Numbered from the stretch's first letter, positions 42,036 through 54,415 are shown. The stretch is DNA of 64,000 nucleotides from an uncultured beta proteobacterium (GCA_963696505.1 CAVOKN010000017.1:76326-140325), one strand, 5' to 3'. Translations and numbers: made by a program. The notes: generated by a model from the letters alone, not told the origin.

Positions 42036-43388
42036 CTACTTTCCAATGCAGAAGCGACCGAAGATCTCTCCCAGGAGGTCGTCGGATGTGAATTCGCCTG
42101 TGATCGTGCTCAGAGCTTCCTGGGCAAGCCGCAGTTCTTCGGCGAGAAGCTCCAGTTGCGGCCCGCATTCCCCTGCGGCAGCAAGGTGCGCGGCTGCATC
42201 GCCCAGTGCCTCAAGGTGGCGCTCGCGCGCCATGTACAGGTCTTCGCCGCTCGCTTGCCAACCCGCAACCGCCAGCAGCTCCCGTTCAAGGAATTCGACG
42301 CCCTCCCCGGAGCGGGCGGAAAGGTACACCCGGACACCATCCTGATCCTCAGCCCGCCCCGGTTCGATCCCCGACAGATCGATCTTGTTGAACACGCTAA
42401 TGCGGCGGATCCCCACCGGCAGGCGGGCGACGATGCACCGGTCCTCGTCGGTAACGCCGCGACCGGCATCGACGATCAGCAGTACGACGTCAGAACGCTC
42501 GATCTCCTGCCAAGTGCGGTCTATGCCCAGGCGCTCGACGTGATCCTCCGTCTCCCTCAAGCCGGCGGTGTCAATCACGTGCAGCGGAATGCCTTCTATC
42601 TGTATCGACTCCCGCAGAGCGTCCCGGGTCGTTCCCGCGATTTCTGTGACGATTGCCCGCTCGTGACCGGCGAGCCGGTTGAGGAGGCTCGACTTGCCGA
42701 CATTCGGTTGGCCCGCCAGGACCACATGGAGTCCACTGCGCAGCAGGCTGCCCTGGCGGGCTTTGGAGCGGATCGCGTCGAGCCGCCGTCCGACCGCGAC
42801 CAGACGTCCCTGGGCATCGGCCGCCTCGAGGAAATCCACCTCTTCGTCCGGGAAGTCGAGGGTCGCCTCAACCAGCGCCCGCAGATCGATAAGTTCATTC
42901 ACCAGGGCGTGGATCTCGCGCGAGAAGATACCGGTCAGCGAACGCACTGCTGAGCGCGCAGCCGCCGTGGTCGAAGCCTCGATCAGGTCGGCCACGCTCT
43001 CTGCCTGAGCCAGATCCAGCTTGTCGTTCAGGAATGCCCGCTGCGTGAACTCGCCCGGCTGAGCGACCCGCGCGCCGAGTTCGAGGCAGCGTGCGAGCAG
43101 CAACTGCATCACCACAGGTCCTCCATGGCCCTGCAGTTCGAGCACGTCCTCCCCAGTGAAGGAGCGGGGCGCCGGAAAGAACAGGGCGATGCCCTGGTCG
43201 ATCACGCTGCCGTCGCCGGCCAGGAAATCAGAAAGACTGGCGGCGCGGGGTGCCGGCTCCTTGCCGAGGACGCTGCGCGCGAGTGGGAGCAGGGCAGGCC
43301 CCGAAACCCTAACCACCCCGATACCGCCACGTCCGGGCGGCGTCGCGATGGCGGCAATCCGCTCAGGCTGACTTTGGCTTGCTACCAC
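42036..43388 (-). CDS. mnmE: tRNA modification GTPase MnmE (TrmE)
   Basis: 450 aa with [21 protein letters not shown]1 [19 protein letters not shown] and the C-terminal CIGK. Confidence 0.9.
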   Translation of the reverse strand: MVASQSQPERIAAIATPPGRGGIGVVRVSGPALLPLARSVLGKEPAPRAASLSDFLAGDGSVIDQGIALFFPAPRSFTGEDVLELQGHGGPVVMQLLLARCLELGARVAQPGEFTQRAFLNDKLDLAQAESVADLIEASTTAAARSAVRSLTGIFSREIHALVNELIDLRALVEATLDFPDEEVDFLEAADAQGRLVAVGRRLDAIRSKARQGSLLRSGLHVVLAGQPNVGKSSLLNRLAGHERAIVTEIAGTTRDALRESIQIEGIPLHVIDTAGLRETEDHVERLGIDRTWQEIERSDVVLLIVDAGRGVTDEDRCIVARLPVGIRRISVFNKIDLSGIEPGRAEDQDGVRVYLSARSGEGVEFLERELLAVAGWQASGEDLYMARERHLEALGDAAAHLAAAGECGPQLELLAEELRLAQEALSTITGEFTSDDLLGEIFGRFCIGK

Positions 43389-45021
43389 CCTCGATCATCC
43401 GCGTGATCTGCCACTGCTGCGCGATCGACAGGATGTTGTTGACAGTCCAGTAGAGCACCAGACCGGCGGGGAAGAACAGCATCATGCCGGTGAACACGAT
43501 CGGCATGAACAGCATGATCTTGGCCTGGATTGGATCGGGCGGCGTCGGGTTGAGCTTGGTCTGGATGAACATCGTGACACCCATGATCAGCGGCATGACG
43601 TAATAGGGATCCTGCGCCGAGAGATCGTGGATCCAGCCAATCCATGGTGCATGGCGCATTTCCACCGTGCCCAGCAGCACCCAGTAGAGCGCGATGAACA
43701 CCGGGATCTGCACCACGATCGGCAGGCAGCCGCCTAGGGGATTGATCTTCTCCTTCTTGTACAGCTCCATCATCTCCTGGTTCATGCGCGCCCGGTCGGA
43801 GCCGTACATCTCCTTGATCTTCATCATCTTGGGCGTGACCACGCGCATTTTGGCCATCGACTTGTAGCTCGCCGCGGAAAGCGGGAAGAAGATCAGCTTG
43901 ATGATCACCGTGAGAAGGATAATGGCCCAGCCCCAGTTGCCCACCAGCTTGTGCAGCCACTCCAGCAACCAGAACAGCGGCGCGGCGATCACGGTTAGCC
44001 AGCCGTAGTCCACCACCAGGTCCAGACCCGGAGCGAGTTTCTCCAGCTTGGACTGCTCCTGCGGCCCGGCGTACAGCGGGACGCCGATTCGGCCACTCTC
44101 GCCAGGCGCGATCGCCGCCACCGGCACAATGACACCGGCGGTGTAGAGATCCGTCCCGACCTTCTGGGCGAAGAACTCCCGCGCATCGGACCCGGCGGGC
44201 AGCCAGGCGCCGACGAAGTAGTGCTGGACGATCCCGATCCATCCGTTGTTCACCTTCGACGGGAGCTTCACCTTCCCCTTGTCGATGTCGGCGAACTGCA
44301 GTTTCTGGAACTTGCCCTCCTCGGTGTAGAGCGCCGGGCCGGTGAAGGTCTGAACCATCGGGACCCCCGAATCCGACGCCTTCCCGTCGCGCTGCAACTG
44401 AAAATAGGCATGAAGTGCCAGCGGTACACCGCCACCATTGACGATCTCGTGGGCAATCTCGACCACGTAGCTGCCGCGCCTGAAGGTGAGTACCTTCGCC
44501 ACCTTCACGCCATTCGCTTCCGGTGCCTCCAGTCGCACCTGCACCACGTCCTCACCCGGCTTGAGTTCGACGTCCCCTTGCGGAAGCGAATACAGAGTCC
44601 TGTGGTTCGGGAGCGCCTCCCCGATCAGCCCGCTCTGGGCGAGGTAGGTGTGCCCGGCCCCGGAGTCGAGCAGGAGGAGATTCTTCTTCTCGTCGGTGGT
44701 CGAACGGTGCTGCAGCAGCTCCAGGCGGACGATGTCTCCCCCAAGGGACGAAACCTCTGCCGCGATCAGGTCGGTGCGCACGGTGATTTGGGCTGATTTT
44801 GCTCCGGCCGGTGTCGAAGGCCCGCCCGGGACTGCCGTCGGCGCCGGCGGTTGCGCGGCGGTCAGCGCCGGCGAGATAGTTGGTGCTGGTACTCCAGCCG
44901 CTTCCTGGCCGGCGGTGACTGCCGGTGCGGGCTTGGGCTGGTTGTACCTTTGCCAGCCGTCCCACAGCATGACCAGGGAAAAACTGAAAACCAGTAGGAG
45001 GATCAGACGTTGGGAATCCAT
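43363..45021 (-). CDS. yidC: Membrane protein insertase YidC
   Basis: [24 protein letters not shown] start and the 60-kDa insertase core [29 protein letters not shown]. 552 aa from the ATG at 45021. Confidence 0.9.
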   Translation of the reverse strand: MDSQRLILLLVFSFSLVMLWDGWQRYNQPKPAPAVTAGQEAAGVPAPTISPALTAAQPPAPTAVPGGPSTPAGAKSAQITVRTDLIAAEVSSLGGDIVRLELLQHRSTTDEKKNLLLLDSGAGHTYLAQSGLIGEALPNHRTLYSLPQGDVELKPGEDVVQVRLEAPEANGVKVAKVLTFRRGSYVVEIAHEIVNGGGVPLALHAYFQLQRDGKASDSGVPMVQTFTGPALYTEEGKFQKLQFADIDKGKVKLPSKVNNGWIGIVQHYFVGAWLPAGSDAREFFAQKVGTDLYTAGVIVPVAAIAPGESGRIGVPLYAGPQEQSKLEKLAPGLDLVVDYGWLTVIAAPLFWLLEWLHKLVGNWGWAIILLTVIIKLIFFPLSAASYKSMAKMRVVTPKMMKIKEMYGSDRARMNQEMMELYKKEKINPLGGCLPIVVQIPVFIALYWVLLGTVEMRHAPWIGWIHDLSAQDPYYVMPLIMGVTMFIQTKLNPTPPDPIQAKIMLFMPIVFTGMMLFFPAGLVLYWTVNNILSIAQQWQITRMIEGGSKPKSA

Positions 45022-45037
45022 GGGAACTTTCGCCTGT

Positions 45038-45247
45038 TTATGGGACCGGGTCGTAACCGCCCGGGTTCCAGGGATGGCACCGCAGCACGCGGCGCGCGGC
45101 AAGATAAGAACCCCGGAGGGCTCCATGGCGCCCCAGAGCCTCAATGGCGTATTCGGAGCAGCTCGGGAAGAATCGGCAACTGCGCCCAAGCATGGGGCTC
45201 AGAGCGTACTGGTAGGCCCGCAAAAGACCAATAAGCAGCTTGTTCAT
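45038..45247 (-). CDS. yidD: Membrane protein insertion efficiency factor YidD
   Basis: 69 aa with [23 protein letters not shown] and [14 protein letters not shown]. Confidence 0.85.
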   Translation of the reverse strand: MNKLLIGLLRAYQYALSPMLGRSCRFFPSCSEYAIEALGRHGALRGSYLAARRVLRCHPWNPGGYDPVP

Positions 45248-45581
45248 CGTACCAGGCGCGCCAATAGGCTATCCAGTTCTCCGCGCAGCTCCCGCCGATC
45301 CAAGGCGGTAAACGGGGAAGCCAGCCTCAGGACTAGATCCAGGGCAGGCAGCCGTGCACGGACGCTACGGAAGGCTTCCCGGGCGATGCGCTTCACCAGG
45401 TTGCGATCGACCGCCCGTTTCAGCAGCCTGCGGGCGACGATCAGCCCGATCCGGGCTCCGCTTCCAGCGTTGGAGCGATGCTTCAGGACGAAGTGGCGGC
45501 TGCGCAGCGCAGCACCTGCCTTGAGCACCCCGGAATAATCCGATGGCCGCCGAAGCCGGCGCGACGGATCGAACCCAGCAT
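45244..45581 (-). CDS. rnpA: RNase P protein component RnpA (start unresolved)
   Basis: The conserved body [20 protein letters not shown]...[29 protein letters not shown] is in the frame of ORF 45244-45687. The only well-placed start (GGGAGG, 6 nt, ATG at 45581) is out of frame by one base with that body. The alternative is a GTG at 45687 inside rpmH. Confidence 0.7.
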
Positions 45582-45628
45582 CGGTCGCCTCCCGACCGGC
45601 CGCAGCCGGCTCACCCGCTGCGGTCGTG

Positions 45629-45763
45629 TCAGACGCCGAGCCGGGTCCGACCCTTGGCCCGGCGCGCCTGGATGACTGCCCGTCCACCCCGGGTGCGCAT
45701 GCGCACTAGGAAACCATGAGTACGCTTGCGCCGCACCACCGAAGGTTGATAGGTTCGTTTCAT
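45629..45763 (-). CDS. rpmH: 50S ribosomal protein L34
   Basis: My own translation gives [44 protein letters not shown] (44 aa, below the ORF-track cut-off). Confidence 0.9.
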   Translation of the reverse strand: MKRTYQPSVVRRKRTHGFLVRMRTRGGRAVIQARRAKGRTRLGV

Positions 45764-45872
45764 AATGTGATAGCCCGCTCGATGTGAAAGAAGCGCGCGC
45801 CGGCGCGCCGAGAAAAACGAGCGATTACATCGTCCGGCCGCATCCGTGTCAAGTTCTTAATTTTTCCCGGCC

Positions 45873-45881
45873 TGTGGATAA
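45873..45881. promoter_or_regulatory. Perfect DnaA box in the rpmH-dnaA divergent intergenic region
   Basis: TGTGGATAA is the reverse complement of TTATCCACA. It is followed by an AT-rich stretch aaaaacataatattattcaaatgcttattc. Confidence 0.7.
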
Positions 45882-46040
45882 GTCTCCCAGCAGGGGGTAG
45901 AATCAGCCCCTCGCTGACGCCGAAGGCACCAAAAATTCGGCCAAAAACATAATATTATTCAAATGCTTATTCAAGAACTGACGCTCCTGTTGGTGCTCCG
46001 TTCGACTCCCGCTTCAGGACCGGCTTCTGCGGTGCCGAAA

Positions 46041-47420
46041 ATGACAGACATCTGGGCCGTCTGCCTCGGTCAGTTCGAGCAGGAGCTACCTTCCCAGCAG
46101 TACAACACCTGGATCAGACCCCTGCGTGCCGTTGCCCGCAACGGGCACGAACACCAGCTTCGTCTGCTAGCGCCGAACCGCTTCGTGCTTCAGTGGGTGC
46201 GCGAGCGCTATCTCCAGCGCATCGAGCAGTTGGCGCGTCAAAGCGAAGGCACCCCCATCACCGTGGTTCTCAGCCTGGCCGAAGCCGCTCCCGCCGCACC
46301 GCCCTCAACCCCTGCGCCCCCCGTTCGAGGGGCCGGAGGCGAGGAACGGCTGGCGCCCGTCGTTCCCGTACCGACGCCGGCCAATGATTCCGGCTATGAG
46401 AAGACTCGCCTCAACGCGGCCTTCACGTTCGACACACTGGTCACCGGCCGCGCCAACGATCTGGCCCGCGCCGCCGCTCAGCAGGTCGCCCAAAATCCGG
46501 GCACCTCCTACAACCCACTGTTCGTCTATGGCGGTGTAGGCCTTGGCAAGACCCACCTGATACACGCGCTGGGCAACGAGGTCTATCGAAACAACCCGGA
46601 GCTGGTCATTCGCTACGTCCATGCCGAGGACTACTACGCCGACGTGGTTCGCGCCTACCAGCAGAAGGCCTTCGATGTATTCAAGCGCTACTACCGTTCC
46701 CTCGATCTGCTCCTCATCGACGATATCCAGTTCTTCAACAACAAGAACCGTACCCAGGAAGAGTTCTTCTACGCCTTCAACGCCCTGATCGAGGCGCGCA
46801 AGCAGATCGTCATCACCTGCGATACCTATCCAAAAGACATCCAGGGTCTGGAGGACCGGCTGATTTCCCGCTTCGACTGGGGCCTGACCGTAGCCATCGA
46901 ACCACCGGAACTGGAGATGCGGGTCGCGATCCTGCGCAAGAAGGCACAGGCCGAACGCATCGACCTGTCCGACGACGTCTCATTCCTCATCGCCAAGAAC
47001 CTGCGCTCCAACGTGCGCGAACTGGAAGGAGCGCTAAAAAAAGTCCTGGCCTTCGCCCGCTTCCACGGCCGCGACATTTCCCTTGAACTGGCCAAGGAAG
47101 CTCTGAAGGACCTGCTCGGCGCCCACAATCGCCAGATCTCGCTCGAGGGAATCCAGAAGACCGTCGCCGAGTACTACAAGATTAAGGTCGCGGACATGTA
47201 CTCCAAGAAGCGCACGCGGACCATTGCCCGCCCGCGCCAGATCGCCATGTGGCTCGCCAAGGAACTGACACCCTCGAGTTATCCGGCGATTGGCGAATCG
47301 TTCGGCGGCCGCGACCACACCACCGTGCTCCACGCCTGCCGTACCGTTTCCGAACTGCGGCTATCGGACCCGACGCTGAACCACGACCTCCACGTTCTGA
47401 CCCAGGTACTGAAGGGCTGA
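46041..47420 (+). CDS. dnaA: Chromosomal replication initiator DnaA
   Basis: [28 protein letters not shown] parallels the E. coli N-terminus. Walker [11 protein letters not shown], the box VII region and C-terminal HTTVLHA are present. The upstream 26 codons of ORF 45963-47420 are probably not translated. Confidence 0.9.
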   Translation: MTDIWAVCLGQFEQELPSQQYNTWIRPLRAVARNGHEHQLRLLAPNRFVLQWVRERYLQRIEQLARQSEGTPITVVLSLAEAAPAAPPSTPAPPVRGAGGEERLAPVVPVPTPANDSGYEKTRLNAAFTFDTLVTGRANDLARAAAQQVAQNPGTSYNPLFVYGGVGLGKTHLIHALGNEVYRNNPELVIRYVHAEDYYADVVRAYQQKAFDVFKRYYRSLDLLLIDDIQFFNNKNRTQEEFFYAFNALIEARKQIVITCDTYPKDIQGLEDRLISRFDWGLTVAIEPPELEMRVAILRKKAQAERIDLSDDVSFLIAKNLRSNVRELEGALKKVLAFARFHGRDISLELAKEALKDLLGAHNRQISLEGIQKTVAEYYKIKVADMYSKKRTRTIARPRQIAMWLAKELTPSSYPAIGESFGGRDHTTVLHACRTVSELRLSDPTLNHDLHVLTQVLKG

Positions 47421-47436
47421 GATCCGGGGGATGAAA

Positions 47437-47445
47437 TGTGGACAA
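47437..47445. promoter_or_regulatory. DnaA-box-like site (8 of 9 matches)
   Basis: TGTGGACAA lies in the dnaA-dnaN spacer. Confidence 0.35.
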
Positions 47446-47560
47446 GTAAGAAATTCGCACCCTTGCCCGAATTCCTCAACAATTCGCCCACAGACTTCCC
47501 GGCCTTTCTCGACAGGGATATCAACGCTGTAAGTCCCTTCTAGAAATGACTTTTTCCCAC

Positions 47561-47569
47561 TTATCCCCA
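47561..47569. promoter_or_regulatory. DnaA-box-like site (8 of 9 matches)
   Basis: TTATCCCCA lies in the dnaA-dnaN spacer, which is AT-rich at 47570-47609. Confidence 0.35.
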
Positions 47570-47609
47570 GTTTAGCCCTCTACTACATCTTTATTGGAGA
47601 TGTAATTAA

Positions 47610-48713
47610 ATGCTTTTATACAAAAGCACACGCGACAGCCTGCTCGTTCCCCTGCAGGCAGTCAGCGGCATCGTCGAGAAGCGTCATACGCTGCCGATCC
47701 TGTCCAACGTGCTGATCGAGCGTAGTGCGGCGCAACTCACGCTGCTTGCCACCGACGTCGAGATCCAGATCCGCACCAGCATCGCAGTGGCCGATGGTGA
47801 AGACGCTGCCGTCACGGTGGCAGCCCGCAAGCTGCTCGACATCCTTCGGGCGCTGCCGGAAACCTCCGAAGTGAGCCTGATGCTCGACGACAAGCGCCTC
47901 CAGGTGCGCGCCGGTAAGAGCCGCTTCAACCTTCAGACGCTGCCGGCGGCGGACTACCCGCGCATGGCCCTGAGCACTGACCAGCCGCTCGCGCTGAGCC
48001 TGGAACAGGGCCAGCTCAAGCGCCTTCTTGCGCTGGTGCAATACGCCATGGCGCAGCAGGACATCCGCTACTACCTCAACGGCCTGCTGCTGGTGGTGGC
48101 CGGCGCGGAACTCATCCTTGTCGCGACCGATGGCCATCGGCTCGCCCTGGCCAGCGCAGAGATCGGCGGCAACCACCCTAGAACCGAACTGATTCTGCCG
48201 CGCAAGACCGTCATAGAACTCGCCCGCCTGATGGGCGACGGCAGCGATCCGATCGAAGTGCGCATCGGCGGCAACCAGGCACTGTTCCGCTTCGGCGCCG
48301 TCGAACTTGTCTCCAAGTTGATCGACGGCAAGTTCCCCGACTTCGAACGCGTGATCCCTCAGGCCCACAACAAACATCTCAGCCTTGGCCGGCTCGCGCT
48401 GTTGCACTCGCTGCAGCGGGCGGCGATCCTGACCAACGAGAAGTTCCGCGGCGTGAGGGTGGTGCTGGGCGAGGGCAGCCTCAGGATCATCAGCACCAAC
48501 GCCGAGCAGGAGGAAGCGCAGGAAGAACTCGAAATCGACTACGCGGGAGAGGCGCTGGACGTCGGCTTCAACGTGAACTACTTGCTCGACGTGCTCAACA
48601 ACGTGAACGTCGAGACCATCGAGTGCCACCTGAGCGATCCCAATTCCAGTGCCCTGATCACCCTGCCCGGCAATGCCCGCTTCAAGTACGTCGTCATGCC
48701 GATGCGCATCTGA
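47610..48713 (+). CDS. dnaN: DNA polymerase III beta sliding clamp
   Basis: 367 aa with HTLPILSNVLIE, ATDGHRLA and the C-terminal YVVMPMRI. Confidence 0.95.
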   Translation: MLLYKSTRDSLLVPLQAVSGIVEKRHTLPILSNVLIERSAAQLTLLATDVEIQIRTSIAVADGEDAAVTVAARKLLDILRALPETSEVSLMLDDKRLQVRAGKSRFNLQTLPAADYPRMALSTDQPLALSLEQGQLKRLLALVQYAMAQQDIRYYLNGLLLVVAGAELILVATDGHRLALASAEIGGNHPRTELILPRKTVIELARLMGDGSDPIEVRIGGNQALFRFGAVELVSKLIDGKFPDFERVIPQAHNKHLSLGRLALLHSLQRAAILTNEKFRGVRVVLGEGSLRIISTNAEQEEAQEELEIDYAGEALDVGFNVNYLLDVLNNVNVETIECHLSDPNSSALITLPGNARFKYVVMPMRI

Positions 48714-48735
48714 CGCCGTGCCCTAACGACCCTGA

Positions 48736-51207
<2,472 letters not shown>

Positions 51208-51617
51208 AACGCGGTCGTCGTCAGTTTCTTTGGAAAGTCAGCCCCAGCGGTACGGCATGGGATCGGCAACGGACTTGTTGCACATATCGCTCCAATTCAG
51301 TTTGACCACGGACCCTTTGATACTTTGACGCGACACTTTGACTCGATTTCGCTGCCGCCCAGGGTGATCACCGGAACCGCCCCGCGGCATCTGGCGGGCA
51401 AGGTCGCCACGTATTTCGGCGGGCCCTCCCGGATCATCTACGAGGAAGCCGTGTTCGTCGAAGAGGGTACCGACCAGTAGAAGCGCGCCAACCCAACACC
51501 TTGCGGGACGTCCAGCCGGTGGAAAGGCTGGCGCGGCGGGTTTTTCGGCGCAGCGAGAACAACGAGCTATATTTTTTGTAGGTCATAGCCAATAATCCAT
51601 CCAAATCTGTGGTCAAA

Positions 51618-51920
51618 ATGACCAAGCACGAGCTCTACCAGCACCTGCGCAGGATTGCCATGGACGGCGAACGGATCGTGCTGACGCGGCATACCCGATG
51701 GGAACGGATGAAGCCGCGCAGCATCAGTATGGACATGATTGCCCAAGTGCTGCAGTACGGCACCATGCCCCGCGCGCCGAAGCCGGGCAAGTACGAGAAC
51801 GAGATAAAGTGCCGATTCGAGCGGCGCGACAAGGACCGCCGACGCATCGGCGTGGAGGTTGCAGTAGCGGACTCCGAGCCCGATCTCATTGTTATTACTG
51901 TCATTCGTTATTCTGACTGA
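51618..51920 (+). CDS. DUF4258-like toxin candidate (first gene of a TAC-like operon)
   Basis: MTKHELYQHLRRIAMDGERIVLTRHTRWERMKPRSISMDMIAQVLQYGT...LIVITVI matches my memory of the DUF4258 pattern (H-x3-ERM-x2-R-x-IS-x3-I-x2-VL-x2-G ... ITV). The ORF is intact and lies upstream of its HTH partner. Confidence 0.6.
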   Translation: MTKHELYQHLRRIAMDGERIVLTRHTRWERMKPRSISMDMIAQVLQYGTMPRAPKPGKYENEIKCRFERRDKDRRRIGVEVAVADSEPDLIVITVIRYSD

Positions 51921-51928
51921 TACCTGCC

Positions 51929-52598
51929 ATGTTCGAGTTCATTGACGCTGGCCTCACGGGGGTCTTTCTGAGGAATGGCTACAAGACCGACCGTCCAGAC
52001 CCGATATGGCGAGGGCCACAGCTTTTTCGACCTCCATACCCTGACGCAGCAGATCTGCGTCGCCCTGGCGCTGCGCCCGGGGCGGCTGCGCGGCGTGGAG
52101 TTCCGCTACATCCGGCACGCCATGGAACTGACCCAGGCGCAGATAGCGCAGCAGTTCGGCCGAACCGAGCAGACGGTCGCCAACTGGGAAAAGCGCAACC
52201 AGGTACCGCTGGAGGCGGGCCTGTTGCTCAAACAGAACTGCCTGCGCAAGTTCGGCCAGATCCAGGCAATCGGCTCGGTTCTAGACCAGCAGGGTAAGAA
52301 CGCGTTCGGCGATGCCCGGATCGTCATGGAACACGATCCGGCCACGCACCGGTGGCGCTCGAACTTTCATCCCGAACCGGGCAGCGCCCAGGGCGAAGAG
52401 CGGCTATATACCATCGTTTCGGCTGCACGCCAGGTGCCCATCCTGACCATCCACACCGTAGCCGGGCGAATCCTGGACCCCGCCGAGGCGGCCGCGTTCG
52501 AGCGGGCGGCATCCGTCGGCATCGCCCCCAGCCTGTACTCGCAACTCCCAATGGATCTGCTGGTGGGGCGACACGGCAACCGCGTCGGGAGGGCGTAG
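51929..52598 (+). pseudogene. XRE-type HTH antitoxin with a long C-terminal extension; one +1 insertion near 51988
   Basis: MFEFIDAGLTGVFLRNGYKT continues in the +1 frame as VQTRYGEGHSFFDLHTLTQQICVALALRPGRLRGVEFRYIRHAMELTQAQIAQQFGRTEQTVANWEK, followed by about 110 further residues. The span is 670 nt = 3n+1. It starts 8 nt after the toxin stop. Confidence 0.6.
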
Positions 52599-52601
52599 CG
52601 C

Positions 52602-53100
52602 ATGGAACGAAAACTGCCCGTCGTCCTGGAGGGGCATTTCTTCACCCGCGCTTGCGTCGCAGTGAATCCGAAGTTCGAGCCCTCCGACAGCACGCTGGTG
52701 GACGCGCCGATCGATTCCCGGCTGGACCTAATGCCCTTGCCCGACAACGAGCGGCGATTTCAAGCTCAGTTGGCAGTGCGCCTGGACGCGGGCGAAGACC
52801 GTACCCTGCCCCTACTCGGTGGACGTCGTGTGCGTGTGCAACGTGGCGGTGGATGAGGGGATCCCGGACCACAATTGCAGGGCGCTGGCGGGCTACTTCT
52901 CCCACACGATCATGTACCCGGCGATCCGCGAACTGGTGCTCACACTGACGGCGCGCCAGAGCTGGGGACCGTTCTCGATCGACCTGGCGGCCATCGCGCC
53001 GCCGCCTCAGGCCAAGGCGCCCGCCGCCGAAGCGGCCCAAAAAGCGCCAAAGCGCCGCCGAATCAAGATCAGAAATCCGGTGCCTGAACAGTCTGACTAG
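52602..53100 (+). pseudogene. SecB-like chaperone; one +1 insertion in a C-run at 52809-52812
   Basis: The joined product is MERKLPVVLEGHFFTRACVAVNPKF...RFQAQLAVRLDAGEDRTLP/YSVDVVCVCNVAVDEGIP...LAGYFSHTIMYPAIRELVLTLTARQSWGPFSIDL. By eye it aligns along E. coli SecB ([29 protein letters not shown]). It starts 3 nt after the antitoxin stop. Confidence 0.6.
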
Positions 53101-53293
53101 CCCAACTTAGCGGCTTCGGCCGTTTGAGAAGCGTAAGTCATTGATTTGCAGAGACGGCATCCCGGAGGGCTGCACTACACGGGGGTGGCGGCCGGGGCAC
53201 GTGCGGCGGTGATCTTGGGACCACACTGAAAGGCTCGAATTTGCTGGGCAAGGCCGGTGACTCGCCCGGCCGCAGCACCCCCTCCGCGCTGGC

Positions 53294-53713
53294 TCATTGC
53301 GGACCCGGATCGGGGCTGGTCAGCCAGTTCTCGGTGAGCACGCCCGGATATCTGGCGAAGTCCTTCACGTTGTTGGTCACCACGGTCACACGAAGCGACA
53401 CCGCATGGGCGGCAATCAGCTTGTCGAGGTGATCCTTCCTGATGTCGCGGGTGGCCATCCTGATGGGGCCGTACGCAACGCCGGCCGCCGCATCGAAATC
53501 GACCACCGGAATGTCTTCGACCAATGCAGCCAGGTGGGCGCGTTCGAGCTCCGGATCGGCCGAAGCGGCCACGCCGTATTCCAGCTCGGCGTAGGTGATT
53601 GTCGACATCACGACATCGCCTACGTAGTACTGCGCAAAGCGCCGAGCGACCTCCTGCGGTTGATTCTTCATCAGGTAGATGCACATGTTCGTATCGAGCA
53701 TGTAGCGCGGCAT
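53294..53713 (-). CDS. vapC: PIN-domain toxin VapC
   Basis: MPRYMLDTNMCIYLMK...AELEYG...VVTNNVKDF, 139 aa. The start overlaps the vapB stop. Confidence 0.85.
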   Translation of the reverse strand: MPRYMLDTNMCIYLMKNQPQEVARRFAQYYVGDVVMSTITYAELEYGVAASADPELERAHLAALVEDIPVVDFDAAAGVAYGPIRMATRDIRKDHLDKLIAAHAVSLRVTVVTNNVKDFARYPGVLTENWLTSPDPGPQ

Positions 53714-53952
53714 TACAGCGCATCCCTCTCCGCTTGCTCTTGGTCGCCCCGACCTTCCGCCATGAAGCGCGCGGAAAACCGGGCGAACTTGGCCAGCACG
53801 CCGGAGAGCGATCGGCGAGCCGGGCGAATGCGAAGTTCATCCCCGACTCGCTCGATCTCGAGATCCATGTCCGTGCGCTCATAGGCCAGGTCAGCCGGAA
53901 TGCGCACTGCCTGCGAATTGCCGTTCTTGAAGGCGCGGGTGGTGGTTGGCAT
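53713..53952 (-). CDS. vapB: AbrB/SpoVT-type antitoxin VapB
   Basis: GGAG SD 6 nt before the ATG at 53952. Product MPTTTRAFKNGNSQAVRIPADLAY. Confidence 0.8.
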   Translation of the reverse strand: MPTTTRAFKNGNSQAVRIPADLAYERTDMDLEIERVGDELRIRPARRSLSGVLAKFARFSARFMAEGRGDQEQAERDAL

Positions 53953-54178
53953 TGGAGACTCCATCAATGGATGTACCGCGTATGTACTCTAGTCCATCGT
54001 GCCACAGAAGTGAATACAAGGAAAAGGGACCGGCGGGACACAGGTATAGGACGGGTAAAGCGGCCGTGTTCGAATTGTTTCCGAGAAAGTCAGTCGCCGC
54101 GGGACGGCGTGGGCCCCGGATGGTGAATCGCCTCGTCGGTGCCGGAATACGGGTTCACCCGAACCGCGGTAGCCGCAG

Positions 54179-54229
54179 GGTGCGCAGTGCGCACCGCTCG
54201 TGCGTTGCATGGGTGCGCACGGCGCACCC
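54179..54229. repeat. Two GC-rich hairpins sharing GGTGCGC arms, downstream of the AOR gene
   Basis: ggtgcgca-g-tgcgcacc (54179-54195) and gggtgcgc-acg-gcgcaccc (54211-54229). Confidence 0.4.
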
Positions 54230-54415
54230 TAAGCGGCAAAGCAGACATACCACCTCCGCGCCGGCGCCATGCGAGCCCTGGTCGCCATCGTTTCCAGTGG
54301 AGTAAGCGCATAGCCGCAAAACCACGTACCCGGTTCCGGGCAGCGGTCGCCGCTTCGCGCGGACTGACTCCGCACGGAGGCGCCGATCCGCGATCGCCCC
54401 GGCCCCGCCGCCGCC

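Noticed and set aside
45780-45962. Calling this spacer oriC outright
   Set aside because: It has only one perfect DnaA box and one AT-rich tract, and I cannot compute GC skew or box clustering here. I therefore report the individual boxes only.
47616-48629. 337-aa minus-strand ORF
   Set aside because: It is antisense to dnaN.
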